Assembly (NCBI RefSeq): GCF_003918875.1
Contig: NW_025765336.1
Coordinates: forward strand, 186,001-250,000
From: Haliotis rubra
Taxonomy: Eukaryota
DNA: 64,000 bases
Reading direction: 5' to 3'
The notes beneath the pieces were generated by a model. That model saw nothing but the letters and a program-made list of their open reading frames with translations. It was not told the origin of the DNA and searched no databases. The position numbers and the translations under genes are program-made. Below are positions 50,789-63,522 of this stretch, in pieces (position 1 is the first letter of the stretch; every line of letters starts with the position of its first letter).

Positions 50789-51509
50789 TTGCGACCGCCG
50801 CGCCACATCCACGCTATTGCTACCGCGCACATCCAACAAGGTATCAGCGTACACATCTTGCCACAAGCATCAGGGATTGCGGCCACATTCACAAATAAAG
50901 TGGGTGATCAAGTTGTTAATGCCCAGTATAAAAAGATCAACGCCCGCCGCTGCGACCGCCGCACACCGCAGATGGATTGACCGCCACACCCGCATCACGG
51001 GTTCCATCATCACGAACCTGCGGTGTTCAATCATGCAATAATTACTATTATTGACAATGACCCCGATCGTTGCCCCCAACCATCTTCACCCGAACACCAT
51101 ACCATCATCGGTCATCCTACTTCACGCGATTGCCGTTACGCGCCTCGCGCTACCGCATTTTAATTTGCCGGAACGTCCCAACAAATGTCACACCCCACGT
51201 AGCATCTAAAACATCCTACGCTTAATCACGCTTCCGACAAGTAAACCCCGCCATACATTCACCAGCTATTTTTGCAGTAGCTGGCTATCCAGGCATCTGA
51301 TAATCCTAAAGTTACTTCACTGGAAGCTTGACTGCTCAACACTGCAACATCTGACCCATCCAGTCTCAGATTTCGAATAGAGCATGGTACCAATGGCCGG
51401 TTCGGTTGCCGGAATTTAACTGCTTTATTATCAGTGAAGTAAGCTTTTCCAACTCCAAAGTTAGCAAAGTTGCAGCCATTTCACAGGACCTACAAATAGT
51501 CTAGTCCAG

Positions 51510-51931
51510 GGTGCCGTTGTACAAAGCGATTTTAGCCAGGGCCTGATACAGCTTTTTGAGAAAGGGGGTGTACACTATTGAGAAAGGAGGGGTGCACACT
51601 TCATTTTCACGAGAGTTTCAATGGTCATTTAATAAACTTTCAGGACAAAAGGGGGATGCGCAACCCCACTCTGGATCCACCTATGTTAGCGTTAAGGTGA
51701 CTGTAACTCCCATACCTTAACATAGACTTAAGGTAGTCTTAGCGCTAAGGTGACTGTAACTCCCATACCTTAACATAGACTTAAGGTAGTCTTAGCGCTA
51801 AGGTGACTGTAACTCCCATACCTTAACATAGACTTAAGGTGACTGTAACTCCCATACCTTAACGTAACTCCCATACCTTAACATAGACTTAAGGTAGTCT
51901 TAGCGCTAAGTCGGTATGGTTCAACGGCACC
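51510..51931. mobile_element. PIF/Harbinger-like MITE with internal ~52-bp tandem repeat and a nested 150-bp element (51537-51685)
   Basis: TIR GGTGCCGTTG / CAACGGCACC; 3-bp TSD CAG. Nested CAGGGCCTGATACAG...CTGGATCCACCTATG is flanked by TTAGC. Confidence 0.75.
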
Positions 51932-52967
51932 CAGGTAAACATAAAGACTGAAAGCAGGTAAAGATGTGAGCTATCAGACATTGTGTAGTCCGTCAAGTCA
52001 CAGTATCACATTTAATCATAATGATGGTTGTTAGTCAAGTCATACATACATCTTACACATCATACTGTAATGAACCTGTGATCAACCAGTGATCAACTAT
52101 GTAAACAACTCAGTACAGTCCATAGGCAGCCATTTTGTACACTGTATCTCCAAAATAGTTGGTACTTAGGTACTCTCAGTCGGTACTCTAATGGCTTGTT
52201 ACAAATGCAGTTAACAAGAACTAAGCTTAGATATAAGAAAATATACATCCTTCCATTGTGTATACATCAACTGTCGGGCTCTACCTTAATGTCTGTTGAT
52301 GTAAAGATGAAAGCCTTACACATATACATATCAAGAGGCACAAACCTCAGGGTTCTGATATACATGTTGGGCACAGAATAAACATTATTACATTCAATAA
52401 ATCACACATTGATTCTTGGCATAGCTCAAAGTGATTCAAGTCTTAGACAAGTCACCACTTTGGTAATACCATGAGCACCGGAATGGTGCAGACAAACCAA
52501 GAAATATAATCCAGACCGGGATTCAAACCCAGGATTTCTGGCACATACAAGGACACACTGCTCCATCCATACCACCAAAGGCAGGTTCACAATGACTTGG
52601 CAAATAGTGGTTACTGCATGTCAATCATAAATAATTCAACGAACACTTGTCATCGTGTGATCAACTCCAATAATATAAAAATGATTAAAAAATGCATCTT
52701 ATAAAATATATTTTCAGGAAACCTATCTGTGTAAGCACCCAGCTGAGATGATATGAATGCTCCAACAAGCATGAATGCAATATGCAGAAGATGTACAATG
52801 AATCACATATGAGAAGGAAATTGATACAATCCAATACATCCATAGAACTGAGTTCAGTCTGATAAAGCGAAGCAGACACACTAGGTGAAAACAAAATTAA
52901 CCCAGCAAGAGTTACCTCCCTTCAACTGTAACCAAGCACTTGAAAGGGGAGCCAAATGTTTGTAGAC

Positions 52968-53132
52968 TGACTGACTGAGTTTGGTTTTACGCCGCTTTTA
53001 GCAATATTCCAGCATTATCACGGCGGGGGACACCAGAAATGGGCTTCACTCATTGTACCCATGTGGGGATTCAAACCCAGGTCTTCGGTGTGACGAGCCA
53101 ACGCTTTAACCACTAGGCTACCCCACCGCCCC
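52968..53132 (-). mobile_element. SINE family 1, (CAGT)n tail
   Basis: TSD AAATGTTTGTAGA. Confidence 0.95.
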
Positions 53133-53419
53133 AAAATGTTTGTAGAACTTATACACAGGCACATTAGCTGCTGTACCACTTAATATTCACTATGACCCAA
53201 GATAGTCACCTTTAGTCAACATGTCAACCTTAGCAAATGATGAGTGGCATAACCGCTTGAAAAAATATGGAAATCGTCCCATTTATATGTTACCACAGCC
53301 GTTACTGAATATTTTACGATGCTTCAACCAGTGTCATCTGTATTATGACCAATACCAATGTACAAGTTCAAATGGATAGAATACAATGACTTAAATCATC
53401 CAGGTACCCTTTGCAGTTA

Positions 53420-53888
53420 CAGAGATGCCAACCCAAAACTGGTGCAATTAGGAATCTGAGCTCCCTAAGACAGAAAAATTTAGGAATTGTCCCAACAAAT
53501 TAGGGATCCCTAATAATTCTTGCACTCAAGGAATGACAGTTTTCAATGCCATTACAAATAGCGATCCTTATACAACTGAAACCGGTTTGCAGTACTCTGT
53601 AGCAGTGTTTGTGAATGTTAAGTGAATATAATAAACAGTGCATGGAATTTATCAGGCAGCCTACTTAACTTCTGAATTACTTTCTGGTGTAAACAATTTG
53701 AGAACTTCTGTAAATAAAGTGATATATTTATTTTATTACCATTATTTATAGTTTAAGATGATCCTAGCCCTCCAGTAAGTAAGACTCTATATCTTTGTTA
53801 TATTTTGAATTTGGCTTTGTCGGAAATGCGGAATCGACATTCATTTTTCAAGATAATTCCGATGAATTTGGGAGGGTTGGCATCTCTG
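53420..53888. mobile_element. Non-autonomous DNA transposon with 6-bp TSD
   Basis: TIR CAGAGATGCCAACCC / GGGTTGGCATCTCTG; TSD CAGTTA. Confidence 0.85.
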
Positions 53889-54149
53889 CAGTTATTTTCA
53901 ATCTGTCACCATAATGATCAAGAATACCACTAGCTCATCATCCCTACCTCATCATTTTGAACATTTCTTAAGCAACCAGTTGTCATAAAATGGAGAATTT
54001 AGCTTGGCGTGCAGGGCCATCAAGATCCATCTTGTAGAGTCACAAATACTGATTCACTAAAGTCATAGTGACAAAGACATGTCACATGAGCAGACCAACA
54101 ATCAGCAGCCCCTGGGCCAAATATATAAAGATATAAATGTATGGACACA

Positions 54150-54580
54150 GAGAACCAATCTTCAGGTCTCAGGGCTCTCAAGGCAGGTTAACCATGCAGT
54201 TACCACCCCTGCCCAGATTTTCATGTTGGGTATGTGACAGTTGATGTTATATGGACCCATCACTGGATCCATCACTGGATCCAAGAGCAAACAAGGATCC
54301 CTCAAGCACAAACACTCCAAGTCTTACAAAGCAAGAAATCATTAGCAACCAGATCCACCAGAAAGTTATGACCACCTTTTTTTGGAACAGCCCAGACATC
54401 AATTATATACCACACGTAACAGCTATGAATGGTAAATATTATGCCAAGCTTTTTCGAAAGATTGTATAAGTCTATCAAAGACATCATTGCAGGAAATGTG
54501 GCGCTGTCCATCAAGACACTGCTCCAGTTTACTTTACCAATGCTGTAATGGCTGCTGGACCAAGCTTCCACCCTACTTTC
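54150..54580 (+). pseudogene. Mariner transposase relic
   Basis: VTVDVIWTHH (~VTGDETWIHH), KVMTTFFWNS (~KVMATVFWDS), MNGKYYAKL, HQDTAPV (~HQDNAP), LPPY. Confidence 0.75.
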
Positions 54581-54679
54581 ATCAACTTATACAGTATGCT
54601 AGCAGTAGTCATGCAGTATCTTATCATCCCATGCCCAGGAAGACCTTCAAATATATTTTCCATTTCAGGAATAGAATTC

Positions 54680-55080
54680 AGGTCATTTGGCATAAAAGGC
54701 TAACACTTCAACCACAAAGCTACCAAATCTGGGAAAAGAGGTTTCAACAAGTCTGAACCAGATAGCGAACCCTGTCTGCTCTAAACAAGTTCTTATGGAG
54801 AACACAAATAAAGCATATACAATCTTCGGGAATGATATTTGTAAACACAGAGGATCCCTTTCATTCAATTCTGAACAAAACGGGATGTCTAAGGCCAAAG
54901 CACTGACAACATGAAGAGGAATATGAAAATCATTCCCCAGTTCCAAACGTACCTTTGTTAGGCTACAAAACGTGGAGCTAAACGTGAGAGTATCTATATT
55001 CTTGTGATGGTCTTTGTGGCCCAGAAAATGACCCTGGGTCCTGGCATTCCACAAAGCAATCTAAGCATTAAAATGATTTC
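54680..55080 (-). pseudogene. Possible L1/Tx1 reverse transcriptase relic
   Basis: TQGHFLGHKDHHKNI (~QxGFxxGRxIxxNI), ALALD, RQGSLS (other frame) and FVVEVLA occur in the expected order; weak. Confidence 0.4.
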
Positions 55081-55171
55081 AATAGCATTCTTTAATACAA
55101 GCTTACAACACACACAGTGTTATTGTCAAATCAAGACTAAAGACCCATATGTTCTCCAAGTATCATAGTGA

Positions 55172-55338
55172 CTGACTGACTGAGTTTTGGTTTTACGCCG
55201 CTTTTAGCAATATTCCAGCAACATCACGGCCGGGGACACCAGAAATGGGCTTCACACATTGTACCCATGTGGGGATTCGAACCCGGGTCTTCGGCGTGAC
55301 GAGCCAACGCTTTAACCACTAGGCTACCCCACCGCCCC
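55172..55338 (-). mobile_element. SINE family 1, (CAGT)n tail
   Basis: TSD AGTATCATAGTGAC. Confidence 0.95.
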
Positions 55339-55457
55339 AGTATCATAGTGACATTTAAATCCAGTCAACAACACTCCCTGAATTTTATCTTTATACAATC
55401 CCCTTGTAGCGCCTTGAGCAGGCATATCTGTCTGGATTGCGCCCATTATAAATGCAC

Positions 55458-55458
<1 letters not shown>

Positions 55459-55503
<45 letters not shown>
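55459..55503. repeat. (TTA)n microsatellite
   Basis: Seen directly. Confidence 0.97.
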
Positions 55504-56112
55504 GTCGTTTTTTGTGACAGGGGCCTGAATGTAAGGGTGGAAGAAGGCAGTCTGCTGAAGAAACCTCAATCTGATAATGCCTCTGATGATATAATGCTCT
55601 AATTTGCTCCACATGGAAACAGTGGTTTCTCAATGGCTGCACCGTACTGTAAAATAATTATATCTTTATTATACAACTGCAAACTCTTATGCTACTGTTC
55701 AAACTCCTGTACAAACTCCTGTAACTTCTCCTGAGTCCCCATCAAACTCCTGTTCTCTAGACACTGACTTCAGTTTTCAGGTGGGTGTCAGATTCAACCC
55801 TGGAAAGGTACGACCATCTGTCTTCTCCATGCAGAAGCTTTGGTATGTCTATAAATCTACAGATCATAAAACCTCAATCAACATCTATGAACAATGGTTG
55901 CACCCTACCAACATCAGACAGTTCATACAGCTACTTAATGCCTTCCAGATTAAACCCTGTCTACCATACACAAGCAAACCTCACAACATGCATGCATGAA
56001 GATGGAAAGTGTACACAAGTGTATCAGATGCCTACAATGAGAGCAGTCAGTTTGGTAAAAGAGTCATCATCTTCTGGGCACTATAATGCCTCATTGTTTC
56101 ATCAGTATTCTA

Positions 56113-56655
56113 TAGTCCGTTTGGCTCAAAAGCGGACCGATGAATTGCAATCTTACTCAAAAACTAATAAACATAAAATACTCAATGAAACACTGATCAT
56201 AATCAAAACATCAGACCAACTCTGTGAGGTTTTTGCAGAATTTTTGTCCTAAAAATTAAAAAGTTGTTTTACAATCTACCATTAAATTATTGACACAGTT
56301 CACTATTTGTTACGAGGGAGGAGTGCAGAGAAAGGGACAGCCAGGTGTTCGAGAACGGATGGAGATGGCACAGCACAGGTTAATGAATAAATAACTTTGT
56401 CTGTGAACGTGCTTCTCGAACACCTGGCTGTCCCTTTCTCTGCACTCCTCCCTCGTAACAAACAGTGAACTGTGTCAATATTTTAATGATAGTTTGTTAA
56501 ACAACTTTACTATTTGTAGGACAAAAATTCTGCAAAAACCTCACAGAGTGGGTATGATGTTTTGATTATGATCAGCGTTTCATTGAGTATGTTATGTTTA
56601 TTAGTTTTCGAGTTAGATTGCAATTCATCGGTCCGCTTTTGAGCCAAACGGACTG
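56113..56655. mobile_element. Palindromic (foldback) Tc1/mariner-type MITE
   Basis: ~240-bp inverted arms (TAGTCCGTTTGGCTCAAAAGCGGACCG... / ...CGGTCCGCTTTTGAGCCAAACGGACTG), ~55-bp spacer, TA on both sides. Confidence 0.9.
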
Positions 56656-57705
56656 TAGAAGTTGGTGAGTCAATACTGAAGCATACGACTTCATGAATAA
56701 CATAAACAAGAAGTCGTTATCCATAAAGTCGAATGCTTCATTACTACAATGCCTAATCAACATTACTGAACGATACCTCAGCAGGGCCCATCTCAAAATC
56801 TTTTGTCACAATATTCATGTCAGGATTGATAAAAATAAATAAATATTTCCACTGATTATATTTCTGTTCAGAAAATGGCAGCATTCAATGCAACTAACAA
56901 CAGTTGTAAAAATATAGCATCTTCTCGATAAAAAGCCATAATGACCACTTTCACTCTGAAGCCCCAGATAAAATCATTCAAAGACATCTGTCAGGAAGCT
57001 AAAAATATTGAGACATGAAACGAAATCAACAGTCTTCGCAAACATAACAACATGGCTGCTGATGTAAGCTTCAATGTGAAGTACTCTTGCCAAAAATTAT
57101 ATCTAAGCTTCAGCTTCACGCAGGTCAAAGCAGCTCCACCTGTATTTTTCATAAGGCAGGATGTGTGTGATTTGTCTTTTTCGTGTGGCAGTACAAAATA
57201 TTCCCCGAATAAAAACACTTTGAGCATATATATATGAAATATTAGCTAAAGTCAATGAGAAGGTTGTGAGTTCCTTAACCTCTTTTGAGTAGCATGTATT
57301 CATAATCTTAAACAGAATTGAACATCACACCAGAAGTATTTCATCACAGTACAGCAGAGGAAGATGTTTTTTGCTATAAAATATTTTTCACAAATTGATT
57401 TGATTTGAACACATTCACAAAAAACATCGGATAGTTTTGGCATCAAAATAGAAACCAACAAGACACAAGCCATATGGGCGGCGGAAGTACTTCTGATGGA
57501 AGGCTGTAGAACAGATTCGGTGAAGTCAACCTCACATCATATCAGGACAGCCAAACTGAAATGTTCATATAAAAATTGGCAAAATACATTCATTCTGGAA
57601 AATACATGTCCTCATAATACCTGGCACCTCTGTAAAGTCAGCGCTGTAACGACCCACCATTGTCATACTGCCACACAAAGCATGGTACGCTATCTGTAGT
57701 CATAG

Positions 57706-57860
57706 TGAGTGAGTGAGATTAGTTTTACACTGCTTTTAGCAATATTCCAGCAATAGCACGGCGGGAACACCAGAAATGGGCTTCACACATTGCACCCATA
57801 TGGGCAATTGAACCCGGGTCTTCCTGTGACGAGCAAATGCTTTAACCATCAGGCTACCCA
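57706..57860 (-). mobile_element. SINE family 1, diverged
   Basis: Flanking repeat TAGTCATA. Confidence 0.88.
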
Positions 57861-58351
57861 TCTAGTCATAAAACAATTTCAAAATTACCAGGATATTAAA
57901 GCAACAGGTAAAAATATTAAAATGAAAATCATACGATTTTCAAATTATGTTCAATTTAAATGAATATTGTCTCAAGGTTCCTTCCAAAGCAATGTCATCA
58001 TAACATGAACCAGTTGATAGGGGTCCGGACGTGAAGGATCCAACTCGTTACCTACCCCGATCAGTATACCATTAAGTGTCAGGTTTCAACCATACAGGCT
58101 TGAAGAAGGCAGTATGACAATGTGTATCATTACAGATCTCACAACAATGTCTTCCATGTTTCAACAATGTGGTAACACAAACAAATATATCTTTGAAGGA
58201 AGTTCACAAAACACAAACAAAAGCATCACTTGTATGTGATATATGAATTATGTCTTGAATTCGAATACTGATTTCCTGTCGGCAATCCACAGAAGTGAAC
58301 ATGGTAAACAACTAAAAAGCCCCACACAGCGTTCACACGACTCAGCCGCTG

Positions 58352-58425
58352 AGACAGGACCAGAGAGGACCAGAAAGGACCAGACAGGACCAGACCAGAC
58401 CAGACTGGACCAGACAGGACTGGAC
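58352..58425. repeat. (GACCA)n-like simple repeat
   Basis: Seen directly. Confidence 0.85.
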
Positions 58426-58506
58426 ACATGTAGAACTCTAGTGCATGAAGGGGGAGGTGGGAGACGAAGAAGGAGGATGTATACTGTCTTCCTAATGGAT
58501 AACATG

Positions 58507-58888
58507 CAGTGTGCGAAATAGCCACTGGCCTGCTAGCCCATGGATAGTAAAAATCCAGGCGGGCCAGTTAATCTCCATAGTCACTGGCTCTACTGGCTAT
58601 TGAATTTTCATGGCGTCATTTTGTAAATACATCATTCTTCTGACTTGCTAAGTTATAATACATTTTAAATCATGCAAAATTTTGGCCTAAAAATATGTTT
58701 ATCATATTAGCAGCTTAATGATGAAACCTTTGTCATGCCGACAATATCTTTTTCTCATCATTTTTTGTAATCTTTGCTTAGTTTCTACATTCAAATTTCG
58801 GGCAAGTGAATTATTTTGTGGGCTAGTAACATTCAGTCATAGCTAGCCCGACTGGCTAGCGAAATTTGGAAACTATTTTCGCAAACTG
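58507..58888 (+). mobile_element. Non-autonomous hAT-like element, complete
   Basis: TIR CAGTGTGCGAAA / TTTCGCAAACTG; perfect 8-bp TSD ATAACATG. Confidence 0.9.
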
Positions 58889-61078
58889 ATAACATGTTGC
58901 AACAAACAAATGTCAGCCCTGTCATGTCAATTTCAAATTAGTCAACCTTGTCACCATCCAAACGCTGTGAACCCCACATATCTACCATAAGCCAGTGTGA
59001 ACACGCAAAATCTCTTGTGAACACTTACAACATCCAAAGATCGCCCATCAGAGACTATACGATAGTCTAGCATAACCCCAGTGAACTCCATCATACTATT
59101 GTCAAACGCCTAAGATGCACTAGTGCACCTAAGGAACCCCAGAGATCCCCTGTTACCTCCCCAAATCCTCCAAATACAGAGTTAGCAGGGCCATGGTAAT
59201 ACAACCAGCCTGGCAGTGCCTGGGACGAGGAATCTCGTCACTCCAAGACATGGCCCACAAATACAGGTGGTGATTCCCACATTATCGGTCACATAGTGTT
59301 AAAGATAATACATGCCGCGAGGCGCAGCCAGATAGCAGCAAGGACAGCTATACTACTCAACTTTTGGTAAGGATTGATAGATTTATATCTTACAAACATA
59401 AAGGGCAATGTTTAAAAAATGTATACTTTAAAGATAAAAAGTATTATGGATGAATACAACATCCCAAAGTTGAATAATACTCAACTTTTAGGGATTGATA
59501 GATTCATATCTTAAAAACATAAAGGGCAATTTTTCAGAAATGTATACCTTATCGCTAGAAAATATTTTGGATGTACAGAACATTCCCAAGAAATCCAGTA
59601 CCCACAGTCTCGGCACTTCAGACTTTCCTTGGCAAACGTTGAGCAGTATATAAATATATATATAGGATATACAGAATTACATGGTGTAGCTACAGATGAG
59701 GTATTATACAAGATACATGAAGCATGACAGACTTATACAAATATATAAAACAATTTCATCACCCCAACATCTACATTTCTTAGAAAATAGGCAGTCAATG
59801 GGTTAGGCTATAGACTATAAAAATAGTTTTCAAACCTCCAGAGATGTGAAAGTGTTCAAATTGGTAGAAATATTTTCAGGTCTGGAGTCTGGGAACCCAT
59901 CACGTCCAAATACTATCTCATTCTTCAAAACTAATATTTGAAAAAAATAATATACTGAAATTAAAAAGTTAGGGATCATATCTCTGAGGATATCTTTATT
60001 GTGCGCTCAATCCTCACTACAAAATATATCATCCAAACAAAGTCATGATCTCTAACGTTTTTGTTCAGCGTATTTGAAAAACTGGGGATTTCAGATTCTT
60101 TGATATCAGGAATATCTCCATTGTGCTGGTACTGTATTCTATAGTTTCTCCATATTTCAGCAATGGAGCCATCACATCACTCTCCAATTCCCTGGAATGT
60201 TTACTTATGGAATCGACAAAGCTCCAAATTATGCATTCACTGTATCACTATCCCAAACTTATCAATAACCTAGAATTCTGCCAAAAGTAGACTGCTTACC
60301 ATTGTGAAAGTCGAGAAATTACAAAAGTCTTGGTTTAACTTTTAGCTACATTTTCTTCAACAAACTAGCTGCAGTCATCCTGACAAGCTGTAATAGAAAA
60401 TATGTAAGCAAAGTGTGGCTTCTTAAACATTTAGTTTTCATGTGAGATGGTTAATCATCTATTTCATTGAACTTATTTCAAAAACAAACTAAATGATTCC
60501 ATTCCATGTAGAATCTACAAATACATGTAGAATCATTTGGACGTTCACAAGTCAGGCAAATTATTACCTTCAAAATCACTGACCCTGTTTACAAGTCTTC
60601 ATGAAAGATTACGGCATCAACGCATTAAACACACCCAAAACATATGTGAAAATGAGATACAGTGACATGAACTCCTTGATGACAGACCTGGATTATGACC
60701 ACATATATTATAAGAAAATACCTCAAAATACAAGGTGTTATTATCTCCAAGCGTGCCTTTATCACGAGGCTCACTAGCATACAATCCTTGTGCTGACTAC
60801 AATCAGCTAATTTTCACAATCAAGCCATTCCAACTGTTCCTCGTGTTCTGGAGATGAACTACCATGAACTCTGTATAAGCATGAAAGTGATGTTATTTAA
60901 TGAAACAATAACAATTACAATTCCTTGCCTGTCAGTTAACTATAGCAAAATATTGTAAATTTTATAATAAATTGTATATTTCAATACTTATCCTATCTCA
61001 CGGTATGCACCTCTCTTCTTCTTCTACGACCATGTGTGGAAACGTGCTGTAGGCTCAGTTGAATCAAATCTTACTGGC

Positions 61079-61136
61079 CTCTGACCCGCCCTGACCTCTG
61101 ACCCGCCCTGACCTCTGACCCGCCCTGACCTCTGCC
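61079..61136. repeat. 17-bp tandem repeat (CTCTGACCCGCCCTGAC), about 3.5 copies
   Basis: Seen directly. Confidence 0.92.
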
Positions 61137-61344
61137 CCCACTCCGACATGAGCACCTGTCAATCATCTCCGTAAGCATGCAGATCGCTCAGATGATCACG
61201 TGACTACCTGTGCCTGTCATTCTCTTTCTTGTCGCTAAGTCGGTGGACGTGTGCTTGTCTCTAAGAAAGTTTGATTGTGTTTCTACAATGGGAAAATCGA
61301 ATGGTCGTAGAAGAAGAGAGGTGCATACCGTGAGATAGGATAAG

Positions 61345-61855
61345 TTTAAAAATCTGTTGTTGTTCATTAACTGATTCTGCATTCTGTTGTTTATAATGAC
61401 TGAATATTATGTTGTTTACAAAGATTGATTATTCTGTTGTATACCATATTGTTGTTGATTCAATATGATTCTGTATTCTGTTGTTTACAATGATCCAAAA
61501 TTCTTTTGTTACAAGATTAAATATTGTGCTGTCGTTTACAAGGAATCTATATTCTGTTGTTTACAATGATTCAAAATTATGTTGTTGTTCACTATGATTC
61601 AGTATTCTGTTGTTACTTACAATGATTTAATACTCTGTTGATGTTTACAATGATTCAAAATTCTGTTGTTGTCTAACTCTGGTTCAGTACTGTGTTGAAC
61701 TTGTTTAATGTTTATTCAACATTCTGTTGTGGTTCTTTAAAAATGATTGGTTTGTTGATGATCTTTTAATTATGATTCAATATTTCTTTTAATTATGATT
61801 CAATATTCCCTAATTTAACTATATTCAATATTCTGGTGTTGTTTTCTGTTGTATA
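61345..61855. repeat. Degenerate AT-rich minisatellite (ATTCTGTTGTTTACAATGATTCAA-like)
   Basis: The motif recurs more than ten times with variable spacing. Confidence 0.8.
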
Positions 61856-62003
61856 TTTGTTTGAGTGGGGAAAAGAATATCTCGTATTTTTATGCTAGTC
61901 ATATATATAATAAAATCACCAAAATCTAACTTGTGACAGAAGGCATTTTGTGATAGTGATGATAAAACAGACACAAACGAAAAGTAGAAATTTCAATACA
62001 TTA

Positions 62004-62161
62004 GTGAGTGAGTGAGTTGGGCTTAATGCCGCTTTTATCAAAATTCCAGCAATATCACCCGGGGAACACCAGACTTCGCACATTGTACCCACGTGGGGAA
62101 TCAAACCTGGGTCTTCGGTGTGATGAGCCAACGCTTTAACCACTGGGCTACCCCACCGCCC
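62004..62161 (-). mobile_element. SINE family 1 in the presumptive PTDSS2 3' UTR
   Basis: Head and (GAGT)n tail. Confidence 0.9.
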
Positions 62162-62508
62162 TCAATAAATTTAAAAAAATAGTATTTGTTTACTTCTACA
62201 AACCTCGGCAGACATCAGCAGAACAGAGAGACTAACAGATTTGGCCAAACTGCAAGTTGCGAAAATTCAAGTCCATCCATTACACATACACAATGGGATT
62301 CTGTAAAACAGATCCCATACACGTTATAAATACCATATTGGACAGGAACCATTAAAATAGAGCCATCATGTACACACCAATCAGAGAAAACATTTAGACA
62401 CAATTACAAGATCTTTAAAGCAGTCTCCTTTCCGATTATGAGAATATATAAAACCATTCCAAGGACCATTTCACAAAAGACACTCCTAGGACGAGAACTG
62501 ATACATTC

Positions 62509-62818
62509 CTAATGTACAGAGCCATTGATGGGGCGAGTTCGCAGCTGCATAGGGGCTTCTCTAGACGGGGACTTGATGTCGACTTTTCCATCTTCATTGT
62601 GCTCAATCTTGGGGACATCGTTCTTGACGTCCCTCTTGACGTAAAACTTCCACACAGTCCAGCTGACGAGACACACAAAGCCAGCCAGCCAGAATGAGGC
62701 TATAAGCTGTGGGACTGGCTTCACAACAAGTTCCCAGTCGAACTTAAACGTAATGAGGCACTCAGTGATTATGATTGCCGCGATGATCCACGACTGGCGG
62801 CCAAACTTCTTGCACTTC
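62509..62818 (-). CDS. PTDSS2: Phosphatidylserine synthase 2, last coding exon
   Basis: Acceptor ttttctgtttccag|G, then (P)KCKKFGRQSWIIAAIIITECLITFKFDWELVVKPVPQLIASFWLAGFVCLVSWTVWKFYVKR...GSVH*. Aligns with the PTDSS2 C-terminal helices ([25 protein letters not shown]...WTVWRFF). Intron 62819-63954 is GT-AG. Confidence 0.9.
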
Positions 62819-63159
62819 CTGGAAACAGAAAAAGGGTATCTAACGACTTTTGTCAACATTTTTTTTTCATGTTCATTTTTATTGAAACAAAAGTCAGTTA
62901 TTAATTTTGGAAATTCAACTGTTTTTTAACTATTCACAGGTCATCAAAAACACTTAAATGTGTTGGCAGTAGGAATTTCATTGTTTTACAAACCAATTGT
63001 GATGTCATCCTAGTGTTCTTAATATTTCTCTAAATAACAAAGCCTGCAAGCGTATTTGCAGAGATTGACGTTGACTTTCTAACTGAACTGAAGAGTGCAA
63101 CACTACCAAAGTTTTATAATCATACTTTAAATATGTAAATATTAAATGTAAATAATCAA

Positions 63160-63316
63160 TTCTGAACCAGTGATTGACATCATGAGCATCGACCTATGCA
63201 ATCTGGATAAGATGACAAGCATCAACCAAGCCAGTGACCCTGACCAAATCCCCGTTAGTCGTCTCTTACGACAAGGATGGGTTACTGAAGATTAATCCTC
63301 GTCCAGATGTGCATGG
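63160..63316 (-). mobile_element. SINE family 2 fragment in the PTDSS2 last intron
   Basis: CCCGTTAGTCGTCTCTTACGACAAGGATGGG core. Confidence 0.8.
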
Positions 63317-63522
63317 CCTTCAATGATAATTAAACTTATATATGTTCTAAACCCCCTGCTTTCTCACGAATCCCCATAGCAGGTGATGAGATGATGTTCA
63401 GTTTTACATGTCCCTGCAGTTTTCTTTCTCTTAATCATCATAAAATCATTTTAAACCAAAGCCACTGTATTGTCTGGCACCCGAATGTGTTTTCATTCCT
63501 TCCGGCACTTCAAGCACTTAGA

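Noticed and set aside
50436-51041. 173-201 aa ORFs with repeated HTSSRIMY / QAAGSCT / KQQDHV
   Set aside because: Translation of a stop-free 29-bp minisatellite; all three frames are open.
55785-56252. 155-aa ORF
   Set aside because: Runs into a foldback MITE, lies antisense in the presumptive PTDSS2 3' region and has no recognisable motif.
62436-62697. Alternative-frame and antisense ORFs over the PTDSS2 exon
   Set aside because: Shadow ORFs of the real exon. The N-terminal 13 residues of ORF 62509-62859 are intronic.
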